Below, piece by piece: positions 10,509 to 21,516 of a stretch of DNA of 64,000 nucleotides. The notes below the pieces were generated by a model that searched no databases, was not told the DNA's origin, and worked only from the letters and a program-made list of their open reading frames with translations. The DNA lies in assembly GCA_963703315.1 (NCBI GenBank), contig OY969811.1, positions 1,280,001-1,344,000 of the forward strand, given 5' to 3'. Made by a program: the position numbers and the translations under genes. Numbering within the stretch: the stretch's first letter is position 1; every line of letters starts with the position of its first letter. Origin of the DNA: an uncultured cyanobacterium. Lineage in GTDB: Bacteria; Cyanobacteriota; Cyanobacteriia; Pseudanabaenales; Pseudanabaenaceae.

Positions 10509-11012
10509 TTAGGGAGCGACATAACCTTGAATATTTTCAGGACGTAGAGGACGCATGATTTGATTAGCGCGAACCACCTGTTGATCGGTTCCTTGGACGA
10601 CGATTAAATATTTACCTTCATTAAGACGATTGCGGAGTGGAACTGAGTCACCACTGGTTGCCACACCAATACCACCACCAACAAATAGGCTACCCATTGC
10701 GCCGCCAAATGCACCTAGCAAACCACCAATAAAGTGATTGCCGATGCTGCCAGCCCAAGCAAAGGTATGTAAATCCGTGACGAGGCTAAAGCCAATTCCT
10801 GCAAAGAAGCCAAAGGGAACGAGCCAATAGGACATCAAGTAAGCTTGCTTGCGCCCTTGCACAATCGGATCGATAAAGCCAAATTCTTCGGCACTTTTAT
10901 AACCCTTACCTAAAATGGAGATCGCCTCCATCGGAAATTTTGCTGATTCTAGTCGCGTATAGACTTCTTCTGCCTTCATGCGATCGCTCCAAACACTAAC
11001 CAAATAATTCAT
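10509..11012 (-). CDS. Hypothetical membrane protein with two Gly-rich TM helices
   Basis: 167-aa ORF with glycine-rich hydrophobic hairpin. Confidence 0.75.
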   Translation of the reverse strand: MNYLVSVWSDRMKAEEVYTRLESAKFPMEAISILGKGYKSAEEFGFIDPIVQGRKQAYLMSYWLVPFGFFAGIGFSLVTDLHTFAWAGSIGNHFIGGLLGAFGGAMGSLFVGGGIGVATSGDSVPLRNRLNEGKYLIVVQGTDQQVVRANQIMRPLRPENIQGYVAP

Positions 11013-11078
11013 ATTGTCCTAAAAATGCTTAATAACTTCTAGCCAATATCCTATAGTGCAAAGCGATCTAAATTACCC

Positions 11079-11117
11079 AAAAGAGATTTGAAGCGCTTTG
11101 CGCTTCAAATCTCTTTT
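11079..11117. repeat. Triloop hairpin, possible terminator, overlapping the EVE stop codon
   Basis: aaaagagatttgaagcgc-ttt-gcgcttcaaatctctttt. Confidence 0.85.
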
Positions 11118-11523
11118 AGATATTGGCAAGCTGTAAAATTTTTTGCCAATGCGCCTCTGATACAGGCACAACGGACAAGCGACTAATGCGAATTAGGTCA
11201 AAGCCTTCAAAGTCTGGATCTTGTTTGATTTGAGCCAGATTCACAGGCTGAGGTAGCGATCGCACGGCTTTTACATCAACGACGGCGCGTTTAGGATCAT
11301 CTAACTTTGGGTCAAGATATGGCAAAGTAATTACTTCCGCAATACCCATAGCTCGACGCTCATCGCCTGTGTGATAGATCAACGCTAAATCCTTGGGTTG
11401 CATTGTGCGGATATGCTTCAGGGCTAAGTTGTTATTCACACCATCCCAAATCGTGTGGCGATCGCGTTCTAGATCAGCGTAAGCATAGACATGGGGTTCA
11501 CTTTTGAGTAGCCAGTAAGCCAT
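11116..11523 (-). CDS. EVE domain protein
   Basis: MAYWLLKSEP, WDGV, YHTG and RLSVVPV motifs. Confidence 0.95.
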   Translation of the reverse strand: MAYWLLKSEPHVYAYADLERDRHTIWDGVNNNLALKHIRTMQPKDLALIYHTGDERRAMGIAEVITLPYLDPKLDDPKRAVVDVKAVRSLPQPVNLAQIKQDPDFEGFDLIRISRLSVVPVSEAHWQKILQLANI

Positions 11524-11555
11524 TGTTTAGTTTGTTGAAAATATATACATAATAA

Positions 11556-11924
11556 TTAAAGCTGAATAATTTGATTGAGGCGATCGCACGCTTGAGCAAA
11601 CAAATCATTATTCAATTTTCCTAAGGGATGTGGTTTTGCACCACGTAATCGCCAATCAAAGGATTTGGGCTGATGACAGAGAACATAACTGGTTTTATCA
11701 GCTTTACGTCCTGAAGCTTTGCCCACTGAGACTGCAAAAGGGTTGTCGGCATTATATGCGGCAGTTGTCATCGGTAATCCAATTACAAGCGCCGTTCTGT
11801 CATTAAAAATACGCGGCGACAGCACTAAAAAAGGATGAATATCTTTCATTTCTTGTCCGACTTGTGGATTGCAATCGATCCAGATAACATCTTGGCGATC
11901 AGGTATCCATAAGCTTTTTACCAT
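11556..11924 (-). CDS. mazF: PemK/MazF family toxin (endoribonuclease)
   Basis: IPDRQDVIWIDCNPQVGQEM..HPFLVLSP..FN and SFDWRLR motifs. Confidence 0.9.
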   Translation of the reverse strand: MVKSLWIPDRQDVIWIDCNPQVGQEMKDIHPFLVLSPRIFNDRTALVIGLPMTTAAYNADNPFAVSVGKASGRKADKTSYVLCHQPKSFDWRLRGAKPHPLGKLNNDLFAQACDRLNQIIQL

Positions 11925-12172
11925 TGTTCTGCGCCGAGTCTTTGCGATGTTGCCATAACTTCGCCACCATGTCGGACTGGATCAAATTTGGCTAGGCGTT
12001 CTTCTAGGCTTAATGGTGCATTAATTATGGGCGTGATCACAACTACACCATCAATAACGGACAGCTTCACTCTTTGATTTGCGTGGAGATGGGCAGCACG
12101 GGCAATCGGGGCGGGAAGTCGGACTCCTAAGTTATTACCCCATGTTTTGATATCAAGAGTTACTTCAGTCAT
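11918..12172 (-). CDS. mazE: AbrB/MazE family antitoxin
   Basis: KTWGNNLGVRLP AbrB-type N-terminus; overlaps the toxin start. Confidence 0.9.
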   Translation of the reverse strand: MTEVTLDIKTWGNNLGVRLPAPIARAAHLHANQRVKLSVIDGVVVITPIINAPLSLEERLAKFDPVRHGGEVMATSQRLGAEQW

Positions 12173-12190
12173 GACAATATTTTATAAGCC

Positions 12191-12217
12191 AAACGTTTAA
12201 ACACTAGTATAAACATT
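12191..12217 (-). promoter_or_regulatory. Putative TA promoter/operator
   Basis: Minus strand reads gtttatac-tagt-gtttaaac with a TATACT -10-like hexamer just upstream of mazE. Confidence 0.35.
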
Positions 12218-12246
12218 ATCACTTGCGGCTAATTAGCTTGATCTAA

Positions 12247-12354
12247 CTAAGTATCTGGACATAATTAAAAACTAGAGCAAAAACTGTGGCGCACGCTGCG
12301 CGTGCGCCACAGTTTTTTGGGTTTTATATTTAATTTTTTAGTCCATCTACTTAG
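12247..12354. mobile_element. MITE (taagta...tactta family) with triloop hairpin
   Basis: Imperfect TIR ctaagtatctggac...gtccatctacttag; stem aaaactgtggcgcacgc-tgc-gcgtgcgccacagtttt; homologous to 18906-19010. Confidence 0.8.
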
Positions 12355-12659
12355 CTATTTAGCGATCGCCTTTTTTGGCTCCTGAGAAAAGATATTAGAA
12401 TGAACAAAATTACAATTTCTGTCGCCTATAATCAGTAATGCCCCAAGAATGCCCCACTTAGAAAACGAATAGCTGTAGCCATTGCTTGGCGATCGCTACA
12501 TTAACTACATAAAATAGGCGCTCACACAATACAACTGTCACGAAAAAGCTTAATCTAGAATTAACAATGTGTAGGGGCAAGTTGTGAAGCATTGAGTGCT
12601 TTATCGATAAACTCAAAAATCCCATAATTTCAACATACTTTTTTGATAGCAATAATTCG

Positions 12660-15600
12660 ATGGAAGTGAGTCGCGTGAATACAAGTCAGTCTAATCAATC
12701 TGGAACTGCTAATCTGATCGAGGGACCCTCTTGGCTAGTCGAAGAGCGTGATGCCTGTGGGGTGGGATTTATTGCCGATAAGGAAGGTCGTGCTAGTCAT
12801 AAAATTATTAGCAATGCTCTTAAGGCGTTGACTTGTGTTGAGCATCGTGGCGGATGTAGTGCTGACCAAGACTCAGGAGATGGCGCTGGTTTATTGACGG
12901 CAATTCCTTGGGCGCTATTGCAAAAGGAAATTCCTGAAATTGATCCAGAGCATACGGCGATCGGAATGTTTTTCTTGCCACAGGACAGCGATCTCGTCGC
13001 GAAATGTCGGGACATCACCGCCAGAATTGCCGCAGAAGAGGGGTTGAAGCTTTTAAAATGGCGAGTTGTACCTGTAAATCCAGAGGTGTTAGGAATTCAG
13101 GCTCGCGAAAACCAGCCGCAAATTGAACAAGCGGCTTTTATTGCCGATGCGGATCATCAAAATATTGATCAGATTGAACGGGCTATTTATATTACCCGCC
13201 GTCGGATTAAGCTAGAAATCGAAAAGATGTTTCCTAATGGCGGCAGTAACTTTTATATTGCCTCGCTATCGAATACCACGATTATTTATAAAGGCATGGT
13301 GCGATCGGCGGTTCTCGATGCCTTTTATGATGATTTAAAAAATCCTGATTACATCTCGGCTTACGCAATTTATCACCGTCGCTTCAGTACTAATACTCTC
13401 CCGAAATGGCCGCTTGCTCAGCCGATGCGCTTCCTCGGTCACAATGGTGAAATTAATACTTTGCAGGGGAATACCAATTGGTTTCTCGCCAGACAGGGCG
13501 ATCTCTCTCACCCCAATTGGATTGATGCCAAAGGCGATCGCATTAAGGATTTGTTGCCTGTGCTAAAGGCAAATGAGAGCGATTCAGCAACTTTAGATCA
13601 CGTTTTTGAGTTGCTAATTGAGACAGGACATAGCCCTCTCGAAGCAATTATGATCCTTGTGCCAGAGGCTTATGAAAATCAACCAGATTTAAGCGATCGC
13701 CCCGAAATTATTGATTTCTACGAATATTACAGTGGCTTGCAAGAGGCATGGGATGGCCCAGCGCTGCTTGCCTTTAGCGATGGCAAAATTGTCGGTGCAG
13801 CGCTCGATCGCAATGGTTTACGCCCTGCTCGTTATGTGATTACTAACGATGGCTTGGTGATCGTCAGTTCCGAAGCAGGAACCGTCGATATTCCTGAAGC
13901 TGATATTGTCGAAAAAGGTCGTCTTGGTCCTGGACAAACGATCGCCGTTGATTTGCAGACCCATGAGATTTTACACAACTGGGACATCAAGCAACGGGTG
14001 GCAACCGCCCATCCATACGGGGAATGGATTAAAAAATATCGCAAGAATTTGGAAGTAAAGCCTTTTGCGGAAGCCACAATCCTCGATGAACAAACCGTGC
14101 TTACCCACCAAACTGCTTTCGGCTATACCCTCGAAGATGTGGAAATGGTGATTGAGGCAATGGCTCAAGATGGTAAAGAGCCAGTCTTCTGTATGGGTGA
14201 TGACGCGCCTTTAGCATTTCTATCGCAGCGTCCCCATCTGCTCTATGACTACTTCAAGCAACGCTTTGCACAGGTGACCAATCCACCGATCGATCCTCTG
14301 CGCGAAGGAACGGTGATGTCTTTGGCGATGTATTTGGGTGAGAGAGCGAATTTATTGCTGCCTACTCCTGAAGCAGCAAATCAAATTAAGATTAGTAGTC
14401 CTGTAATCAATGAAGAAGAGCTAACTGCATTACAGAAGCTCGGTTTTGAGTCTACTACCTTAGAAATGCTGTTCCCTGTGAATGCAGGGGCAAATGGCTT
14501 GCAAGCGGCGATCGCAAAAATCAGTGATGCGGCAGTTACTGCGGTGCGTGGCGGTGCAAAATTAGTGATTTTGAGCGATCGCCATCTCAACGCTGAGAAT
14601 GCTTATATCCCACCTCTTTTAGCCGTAGGTGCAGTTCATCATCGACTCTGTGCAGAAGGAATTCGCATGAAAGCTTCGATCATTGTAGATACGGCTCAAT
14701 GTTGGAGTACCCATCATTTCGCTTGCTTGATTGGTTATGGCGCTAGTGCCATCTGTCCTTACATGGCATTAGAAACTACCCGTCAATGGTGGGGTAAAGC
14801 GAAGACCCAAACCCAGATGCAGAGTGGGAAGATCAAAAATCTCTCTATTACCCAAGTTCAAGATAGCTATCGTCAAGCTGTTGAAGGTGGACTATTAAAG
14901 ATTCTCTCGAAGATGGGGATTTCTCTACTATCTAGCTATAACGGCGCACAGATTTTTGAAGCGATCGGTATTGGTGCAGAAGTTATTGAGACTTCCTTTA
15001 AGGGAACTGTTTCCCGCGTTGGTGGTGTTAATTTTGCAGACATTGCTTCTGAACTATTGAGCTTCCATTCTCAAGCTTTCCCTGAATTACAAGTTAAAAA
15101 GCTAGAGAACTATGGCTTTGTGCAGTATCGCCCCACAGGGGAATACCACATGAACAGCCCCGAAATGGCGAAAGCCTTGCACAAAGCTGTTGCTGGTGAA
15201 GGCTACGACCATTATGAAGTCTATCGCACCCAATTGCAAAACCGTACTCCCACCGCATTACGTGACCTTCTCGAATTTAAGAGCGATCGCCCCAGCATTT
15301 CCATTGATGAAGTCGAACCAGTTTCCGAAATTCTGAGTCGTTTCTGTACGGGAGCGATGTCCCTCGGAGCCTTGAGTCGTGAAGCCCATGAAGTTCTGGC
15401 GATCGCCATGAATCGTGTTGGCGGTAAATCTAACTGTGGTGAAGGTGGCGAAGATCCGATTCGCTATTTACCGATCAATGATGTGGATGACAATGGAATT
15501 TCGGCAAGCTTCCCCCATCTCAAAGGCTTGAAGAATGGCGACACAGCGAACTCAGCAATCAAACAAATTGCATCGGGACGTTTTGGGGTTACGCCTTCCT

Positions 15601-17291
15601 ATTTAGTTAGCTCCAATCAACTGGAAATTAAAGTTGCTCAAGGCGCAAAACCGGGAGAAGGTGGACAGTTACCAGGACCTAAGGTCAGCAGCTATATTGC
15701 CATGTTGCGTAACTCTAAACCGGGAGTATCGCTGATTTCGCCACCGCCGCACCATGATATCTATTCCATCGAAGACCTCGCCCAGTTGATTTATGATTTA
15801 CACCAAATCAATCCCACTGCCAAAGTCTCCGTCAAACTCGTTTCAGAAATTGGCATCGGTACGATCGCGGCGGGTGTTGCCAAAGCCAACGCGGACATCA
15901 TCCAAATCTCTGGTTATGATGGCGGCACTGGCGCATCGCCTTTGAGTTCGATCAAGCACGCTGGCTCACCTTGGGAACTTGGTTTAGCGGAAGTGCATAC
16001 ATCGCTAATGATTAACAAACTACGCGATCGCGTCCTATTACGGGTCGATGGCGGCTTCAAAACTGGTTGGGATGTGGCGATCGCCGCCCTACTTGGCGGT
16101 GAAGAGTACGGCTTTGGAACCGCCGCCATGATTGCCGAAGGCTGCATCATGGCTCGCGTCTGCCACACGAATAAGTGTCCTGTGGGTGTGACTTCTCAAT
16201 TAGAACAGTTCCGCAAGCGCTTTCCTGGTACGCCCGAACACGTTGTCAACTTCCTCTACTTCGTTGCTGAAGAAGTCCGTCAAATCCTAGCCAAGCTCGG
16301 TTACAAGTCTCTTAAAGAGATCATTGGACGCTCTGATTTATTAGCCCAACGTCAAGACCTCAAGCTTGCCAAACTCGACCTCAATCAAGTAAATCTTGAT
16401 TGCTTGATTAAACTTCCTGACACCAAAAGCGATCGCACTTGGTTAGAGCATTCACCAACTTCCCATAGCAATGGTGCAGTTCTTGATGATCAGATTTTGG
16501 CAGATGTCGAAGTTCAGAAGGCGATCGCCAATCAAACTGATCTGCGTAAGACTTACAAAATTGTCAATACTGATCGCTCCGTACCTACCCGTGTATCAGG
16601 GGCGATCGCCAAGCAATACGGTAACTCTGGACTTGCGAGCCATCTCAATCTGGAATTTGTCGGTGCGGCAGGTCAGAGCTTTGGTGCATTCAACATCAAC
16701 GGCTTAAATCTCTCCCTCATTGGTGAAGCCAACGACTACATTGGCAAGGGCATGAATGGTGGCACAATCAGCATTAAACCCAGTGCCAACGTCACCTTCA
16801 ATCCCGCCGATAACTCCATTGTGGGTAATACCTGTCTCTATGGCGCAACGGGTGGCTATCTATTCGTGCATGGACGCGCTGGTGAACGCTTCGGTGTCCG
16901 TAACTCTGGCGCAAAAGCAGTTGTCGAAGGCACAGGTGATCATTGCTGCGAATACATGACAGGCGGTGTCATCGTTGTCCTTGGAACCACAGGTCGCAAC
17001 ATCGGTGCAGGTATGACAGGCGGCATCGCTTACTTCCTCGATATCGATCGCAAGTTCTCAGAGCGTCTCAGTCAAGAAACTCTCAAAGTCCAACGGGTCA
17101 GCACTGCCGCAGGTGAAAATCAACTTAAAGAATTAATTCAATCTAGCTATGAGAATACTGGTAGTTCGAGAGCAAAGGAAATTCTCGATAATTGGTCGAG
17201 CTATTTACCTCAGTTCTGGCAAGTCGTGCCACCTTCAGAACAAAATAGCCCTGAAGCGATCGATGCAGTCCCTGTAGCTGCAACAGTCTAG
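12660..17291 (+). CDS. glsF: Ferredoxin-dependent glutamate synthase (Fd-GOGAT)
   Basis: ERDACGVGF Ntn-glutaminase start, [31 protein letters not shown]e-S motif; no small-subunit gene adjacent. Confidence 0.97.
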   Translation: MEVSRVNTSQSNQSGTANLIEGPSWLVEERDACGVGFIADKEGRASHKIISNALKALTCVEHRGGCSADQDSGDGAGLLTAIPWALLQKEIPEIDPEHTAIGMFFLPQDSDLVAKCRDITARIAAEEGLKLLKWRVVPVNPEVLGIQARENQPQIEQAAFIADADHQNIDQIERAIYITRRRIKLEIEKMFPNGGSNFYIASLSNTTIIYKGMVRSAVLDAFYDDLKNPDYISAYAIYHRRFSTNTLPKWPLAQPMRFLGHNGEINTLQGNTNWFLARQGDLSHPNWIDAKGDRIKDLLPVLKANESDSATLDHVFELLIETGHSPLEAIMILVPEAYENQPDLSDRPEIIDFYEYYSGLQEAWDGPALLAFSDGKIVGAALDRNGLRPARYVITNDGLVIVSSEAGTVDIPEADIVEKGRLGPGQTIAVDLQTHEILHNWDIKQRVATAHPYGEWIKKYRKNLEVKPFAEATILDEQTVLTHQTAFGYTLEDVEMVIEAMAQDGKEPVFCMGDDAPLAFLSQRPHLLYDYFKQRFAQVTNPPIDPLREGTVMSLAMYLGERANLLLPTPEAANQIKISSPVINEEELTALQKLGFESTTLEMLFPVNAGANGLQAAIAKISDAAVTAVRGGAKLVILSDRHLNAENAYIPPLLAVGAVHHRLCAEGIRMKASIIVDTAQCWSTHHFACLIGYGASAICPYMALETTRQWWGKAKTQTQMQSGKIKNLSITQVQDSYRQAVEGGLLKILSKMGISLLSSYNGAQIFEAIGIGAEVIETSFKGTVSRVGGVNFADIASELLSFHSQAFPELQVKKLENYGFVQYRPTGEYHMNSPEMAKALHKAVAGEGYDHYEVYRTQLQNRTPTALRDLLEFKSDRPSISIDEVEPVSEILSRFCTGAMSLGALSREAHEVLAIAMNRVGGKSNCGEGGEDPIRYLPINDVDDNGISASFPHLKGLKNGDTANSAIKQIASGRFGVTPSYLVSSNQLEIKVAQGAKPGEGGQLPGPKVSSYIAMLRNSKPGVSLISPPPHHDIYSIEDLAQLIYDLHQINPTAKVSVKLVSEIGIGTIAAGVAKANADIIQISGYDGGTGASPLSSIKHAGSPWELGLAEVHTSLMINKLRDRVLLRVDGGFKTGWDVAIAALLGGEEYGFGTAAMIAEGCIMARVCHTNKCPVGVTSQLEQFRKRFPGTPEHVVNFLYFVAEEVRQILAKLGYKSLKEIIGRSDLLAQRQDLKLAKLDLNQVNLDCLIKLPDTKSDRTWLEHSPTSHSNGAVLDDQILADVEVQKAIANQTDLRKTYKIVNTDRSVPTRVSGAIAKQYGNSGLASHLNLEFVGAAGQSFGAFNINGLNLSLIGEANDYIGKGMNGGTISIKPSANVTFNPADNSIVGNTCLYGATGGYLFVHGRAGERFGVRNSGAKAVVEGTGDHCCEYMTGGVIVVLGTTGRNIGAGMTGGIAYFLDIDRKFSERLSQETLKVQRVSTAAGENQLKELIQSSYENTGSSRAKEILDNWSSYLPQFWQVVPPSEQNSPEAIDAVPVAATV

Positions 17292-17311
17292 TTTCTGGCA
17301 TTGCCACAGTC

Positions 17312-17364
17312 AAAACCTAAGAGAGAGTTGCACGGCGAAGCCGTGCAACTCTCTCTTAGGTTTT
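17312..17364. terminator. 25-bp-stem C-GAA-G hairpin between convergent genes
   Basis: aaaacctaagagagagttgcacggc-gaa-gccgtgcaactctctcttaggtttt; supplies the last codons and stop of the 17356 gene. Confidence 0.8.
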
Positions 17365-18690
17365 AATTTGAGATGCAACTTTAACCTCTTGCCAATTTAG
17401 TCCAATCATACTAGCTACAAATAGAGTATAACCAGGTTCCTCAAGCTGCGAGAAAACTAAACCAAACACAAATACAGTTAACATAAGATACTTGGAAAGA
17501 TCTGTTACACAAACATATTTCCAGACCACAAAAGCCATATAAAAATAAGCCCCTAATCCCAAATATCCTAAGTCCCCCCAGATTCCTGCCCAACCAAACA
17601 GAGGCGAAAATAGACTGGATTGATCACCTAACCAACTTGCAGCTACGGCTTGCCAAATCTCCTTGCTGACAGGATGCATAGTTGCTCCTAGTGGAGCTAA
17701 TAAACTCCAGTAAGTTTCTAGCATCCATCCACCCAATCGACCAACTGTATGCCCAGGTCCTAACCCCAATAACCAGTTGAGTGGAGAGTGAAAATGCTGT
17801 GGAACCAAGCGAAAGGTAGCAAACTTTAAGCGAGTTGCTTCACCATCTGCACCATAAATCTCTGGTCTAATCCAAACTGTATAGGGTTGAAGAGCTTCAA
17901 TATTATAGATTGCCCATAAAAATACAGCCCCACATAAAGCCCCGATAATCAAGTACATTAATGTTTTTCTAATATCTTTGACATTGACAAGATAAAGAAT
18001 TACATAGCCAACTATAAATGATAGTAATACTTGTTTTGTGTCTGAAATAAGAATGTGATTAAAACAACAGAAAGCGATCGCAATCCGAAACCAAAGTGGT
18101 TTATCCTTGGCACTAACAAAGTAATAAACTGCAAAAGTCATTGCCACGGAACCGCCGAGAACATGACCAGCACCTTGACCGATAAAAATTCCTTTGACAT
18201 TATCTTCAAGCCCAATTAGTTTATCCATCCGAAAGACATACTTTTGGATATAGGCAAACACCATATTAATCATGGCAGCTTGTAAAATCCATTTACGAAA
18301 GCGTTGATAGCTTTCTGTATTCATCGGTATGCTAACAATCGTTAAGATTAGAATAAAAGGCTCTGCTAGTAATAAATAATCAAGAACTGTATTAATTACT
18401 CCTGCATCATTGAGTAAAGCGCTAGCAAATACAACGATTAAAAATAGAAATAGACTTAGTAAAATATTTTTTGAAAGAGCAATTTGTTGGTGATCTTTAC
18501 TACGAGATTTAACTAACACTGACCAACAAGCATAAGGAATTGCTGCAAAATGCAAAAAATTGATTGGTGAGGGGATCTTCAAGGCGGTAAAAACTCTTGG
18601 GAACAGAGCAGTGCCTAGCCCAAATAATGTCAAATTTGAGTTTGTAATATACCCTTTTGCTCTGGGTTTTGATTCTAACGCTGTTCTCAT
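17356..18690 (-). CDS. Polytopic membrane protein, putative Wzy-like polysaccharide polymerase/ligase
   Basis: About 10-12 hydrophobic segments, late soluble loop with LLGLGPG motif; last gene of the polysaccharide run. Confidence 0.65.
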   Translation of the reverse strand: MRTALESKPRAKGYITNSNLTLFGLGTALFPRVFTALKIPSPINFLHFAAIPYACWSVLVKSRSKDHQQIALSKNILLSLFLFLIVVFASALLNDAGVINTVLDYLLLAEPFILILTIVSIPMNTESYQRFRKWILQAAMINMVFAYIQKYVFRMDKLIGLEDNVKGIFIGQGAGHVLGGSVAMTFAVYYFVSAKDKPLWFRIAIAFCCFNHILISDTKQVLLSFIVGYVILYLVNVKDIRKTLMYLIIGALCGAVFLWAIYNIEALQPYTVWIRPEIYGADGEATRLKFATFRLVPQHFHSPLNWLLGLGPGHTVGRLGGWMLETYWSLLAPLGATMHPVSKEIWQAVAASWLGDQSSLFSPLFGWAGIWGDLGYLGLGAYFYMAFVVWKYVCVTDLSKYLMLTVFVFGLVFSQLEEPGYTLFVASMIGLNWQEVKVASQIKT

Positions 18691-18737
18691 TTACTAATCC
18701 AACTTTAGGTATACAGTCTGTTTGGCTTAAAGTAGTA

Positions 18738-18788
18738 CAGAGAAATTTTTAAAAGTGCGGCTTCGCCGCACTTTTAAAAATTTCTCTG
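18738..18788. repeat. 24-bp-stem triloop hairpin (GAA on minus strand)
   Basis: cagagaaatttttaaaagtgcggc-ttc-gccgcacttttaaaaatttctctg; flank ggctt.aagtagtaca shared with 37501-37577. Confidence 0.85.
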
Positions 18789-18905
18789 GTGTTCTGAGAA
18801 TCTTACAGATAGCAATCCTACAGTGCTTTACTTGATCAAAGTCTGCTGTAAGTTTTTTTAGGAACTTTAACATCTTGTGAGAGTGGGTAAATCTTACAAT
18901 CTACT

Positions 18906-19010
18906 TAAGTAGTTGGGCATAATTAAAAAAACAAATCCAAAACCTGTGGCGCACGCGCAGCGTGCGCCACAGGTTTTGGGGTTTTATATTTAATTGCGCC
19001 CAGCTACTTA
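18906..19010. mobile_element. MITE (taagta...tactta family) with triloop hairpin
   Basis: TIR taagtagttgggcataatta / taattgcgcccagctactta; loop gca; right end coincides with the TAA stop of the 19008 gene. Confidence 0.85.
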
Positions 19011-20051
19011 CCAATTATCAACTCGCATATAATTTTTGGGAATATATCGACCTAAACTATGATACTGATCTCTCCAAGTTAAGTAACCTTGAAGATGAGA
19101 TGGAAGTTGCTGATCGAATTCTCTAATTTGTTGACTAGACAAAGGAGAGCGATCGCAGTAAAAGGGATTTTTAGGACGATAGCTAAAATAATGAAAGAAA
19201 ATCGCTGAGCGATCGCTTTTTGATGGTGGTTTACCACGATGGTAAAACTTAGATGTATCCGTAAAAACGACTGTCCCAGTTTTACCAACACAAGAAGTTA
19301 GGTAATCCGCAGGATTGTTAGTTTTGAGTAATTGCTCTAATTCCGAGTTGGTTAATCCTTTATATTGTGGAAGAGTCTCAATCAGAAATTTATTGACATC
19401 TGACTTAACGCACTGAAAAGGACCTCCGAATTCATCAACATCATTCAAGTAGACGGCAATCTTGACCATCTTCCAGTCTTCTTTGTCACGATGCCATATA
19501 CGTGGTCCAGCATCTCTACCATCGGCAACACTATAGTAAAACGATAGCGCACCATAGCCTACGGGTAAGCCCAAATAGGACTCCACAATCTTGATGAGTT
19601 TCTCTGAAAGACCCCAGCGAATGATTTCTGGATGGGCTAGCAATTGATCGGCATTTGCCATCAATGTATGTTTACCAGCGTGACTAGGCGATCGCGACTG
19701 TTGGGCAAGCTCATCGGTAATAGGCTGGGCTGCTTCTAAAAGCTTTTTGCTATCAGGGATAGCAAGCGCCTCTAGCGATGTAATGCAAACGCCATGTTGC
19801 TCAAGTTGATCAACTATATTCTGTTCATTAGCGTCAAGCTTGGGTAAATGCTCTTGGTGTTGACGGAGCAGATTTTGATATCGAGGTAAAAGAATTGACT
19901 GCTCAAACCAATTGATACTATGAAATTGACAAGCTATATCAGATGGAAGACTTAGTACTTTATTAATCACGCGATTAGCTAAATAATAAAGTGGATATAG
20001 GTTGTCGGAGCTTAGATAGCGCAGTTGGTATAAACTTTTCATACGTACCAC
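19008..20051 (-). CDS. Fe(II)/2-oxoglutarate dioxygenase-like protein
   Basis: WHRD (HxD), YLNDVD..GGPF, FYHRG distal His, later Arg. Confidence 0.8.
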   Translation of the reverse strand: MVRMKSLYQLRYLSSDNLYPLYYLANRVINKVLSLPSDIACQFHSINWFEQSILLPRYQNLLRQHQEHLPKLDANEQNIVDQLEQHGVCITSLEALAIPDSKKLLEAAQPITDELAQQSRSPSHAGKHTLMANADQLLAHPEIIRWGLSEKLIKIVESYLGLPVGYGALSFYYSVADGRDAGPRIWHRDKEDWKMVKIAVYLNDVDEFGGPFQCVKSDVNKFLIETLPQYKGLTNSELEQLLKTNNPADYLTSCVGKTGTVVFTDTSKFYHRGKPPSKSDRSAIFFHYFSYRPKNPFYCDRSPLSSQQIREFDQQLPSHLQGYLTWRDQYHSLGRYIPKNYMRVDNW

Positions 20052-20159
20052 TAGTTACTTATTTTTTACTAAGATGTTTCGTAAAAATAACTTAGGTGAT
20101 TAAGTTATTGCCTTTAGCCCAACTTAATGCGTTTAGCAATAATGAAAATATCTTTTTTA

Positions 20160-20262
20160 TGCCCATTCACAAAAGTGTGACAACACTTTTATGAATTAAA
20201 TACCCAAGCCCGTAAGGGTTTGCAAAACTAAAATTGGCATAGCCAATTTTATAGATGAAAAT
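20160..20262. repeat. Degenerate multi-hairpin dispersed repeat, homologous to 39165-39265
   Basis: attcacaaaagtgtgacaacacttttatgaatta ... aaaattggcatagccaatttt. Confidence 0.7.
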
Positions 20263-20352
20263 ACAGATAGCATACTATAACAATAATCGTTTCTATATGG
20301 CAATCCTAACATTTGTGAGATTATATTGCGATTTAAGTTTATTTCTCCCAAC

Positions 20353-21516
20353 TTAAGGATTAATAGCAGTCTCGTAAATCTCTAGGAGTCTCTTGCAATT
20401 GTCATTAGCTGTATATTTACGATCAAATTCTGACCTTGCGGCCGATCGCATTTGCTTTAATTCCTGAGGATGATCTAGCAACCACTTAATTTTGTCGGCA
20501 AGATCATTAGAGTCACTAGGACGAAAAAGTAAACCATTATATCCATGCTCAATCAGTTCGGCGATCGCGCCAATATTTGAGGCAACCACTGGTGTACCCT
20601 TTGCAAAAGCCTCGATCGCTACTCGTCCAAAAGTCTCATACCACTCAGAGGGAAATATGAGAAAAGCCGCCTTGCCAACGATGTCATACACTTCCTCGAA
20701 GGGTCTGCGTCCTAGCCATTCAATTTCGGGCATTTCCTTAGCGGCTTCTGTGACAAGTCCAGACATAGGACCATCACCTAATATTTTTAGAGGGATTTTT
20801 TTATCTAGTTTCCGCCATGCATCTAGCATGATCCCCAAGCCTTTTTCGACGGATAAACGCCCGACAAATAACCCATAGCCACCTTCGCCTTGATCGACTT
20901 GCGGAGCAGGATGGAGAAAGTTCGTTTTGAAGGCGATCTTTTCCCTAGGTATGCCACCTTGGACGAACTTGTCTACAGAGAATTGGCTATAGACAATAAA
21001 TACATCTACCGCTTTAGTCCAAGTACCGATTAGGGAATGGAAGGTAGTAGTCGCTGCGGTCATCGCACTAGCACTACGACTACCACGATAACAACTATGG
21101 ATGATGGCTGGTATTGGTACTTTGCCCAAGCAATCTTCGCAAACGCGCCCTTCTCGGAAAAAGAGCGCATTGGGGCATAGCAAACGGTAATTGTGCAGGG
21201 TTTGGACTACTGCGACCCCTTCATCCTTGGCAGCATAGTATGCCGATGGGGAAATTAACGGGAAGGTGTTATGGAAGTGAGCAACTTGAGGCTTGGTTTT
21301 GCGAATCAGCGATCGTAAATCTCGATAAACCTGTCCATTCCATAAAGTTTTTTTAGCCAAAATTAACGGATTGGTAGTTGCAATCTCATCATTGTTGAGG
21401 GTATAGCGAAACACCTCATGTCCATGAGCTTCTAGCAAAGCACTTTCAGTAGCAAAGATTTGCTCTTCACCACCAGGTTGCTGATAGTAGTTATGGACTG
21501 TTAGAACCCGCATCAA
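20353..21516 (-). CDS. GT4 glycosyltransferase
   Basis: GGEE, TLHNYR, VGRLSVEKG, ETFGRVAIEA (Ex7E). Confidence 0.93.
   Translation of the reverse strand: MMRVLTVHNYYQQPGGEEQIFATESALLEAHGHEVFRYTLNNDEIATTNPLILAKKTLWNGQVYRDLRSLIRKTKPQVAHFHNTFPLISPSAYYAAKDEGVAVVQTLHNYRLLCPNALFFREGRVCEDCLGKVPIPAIIHSCYRGSRSASAMTAATTTFHSLIGTWTKAVDVFIVYSQFSVDKFVQGGIPREKIAFKTNFLHPAPQVDQGEGGYGLFVGRLSVEKGLGIMLDAWRKLDKKIPLKILGDGPMSGLVTEAAKEMPEIEWLGRRPFEEVYDIVGKAAFLIFPSEWYETFGRVAIEAFAKGTPVVASNIGAIAELIEHGYNGLLFRPSDSNDLADKIKWLLDHPQELKQMRSAARSEFDRKYTANDNCKRLLEIYETAINP

Noticed and set aside
10298..10522. 74-aa minus-strand ORF
   Set aside because: Translation of the IS630-type MITE (KPKPKRELRRVAPQLSFGF), not a credible gene.
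12480..12660. NtcA site upstream of glsF
   Set aside because: No GTA-N8-TAC found by eye.
12797..16959. Antisense and alternate-frame ORFs within glsF (and similar ones across the polysaccharide genes)
   Set aside because: Fully overlapped by well-supported long CDSs; typical shadow ORFs.
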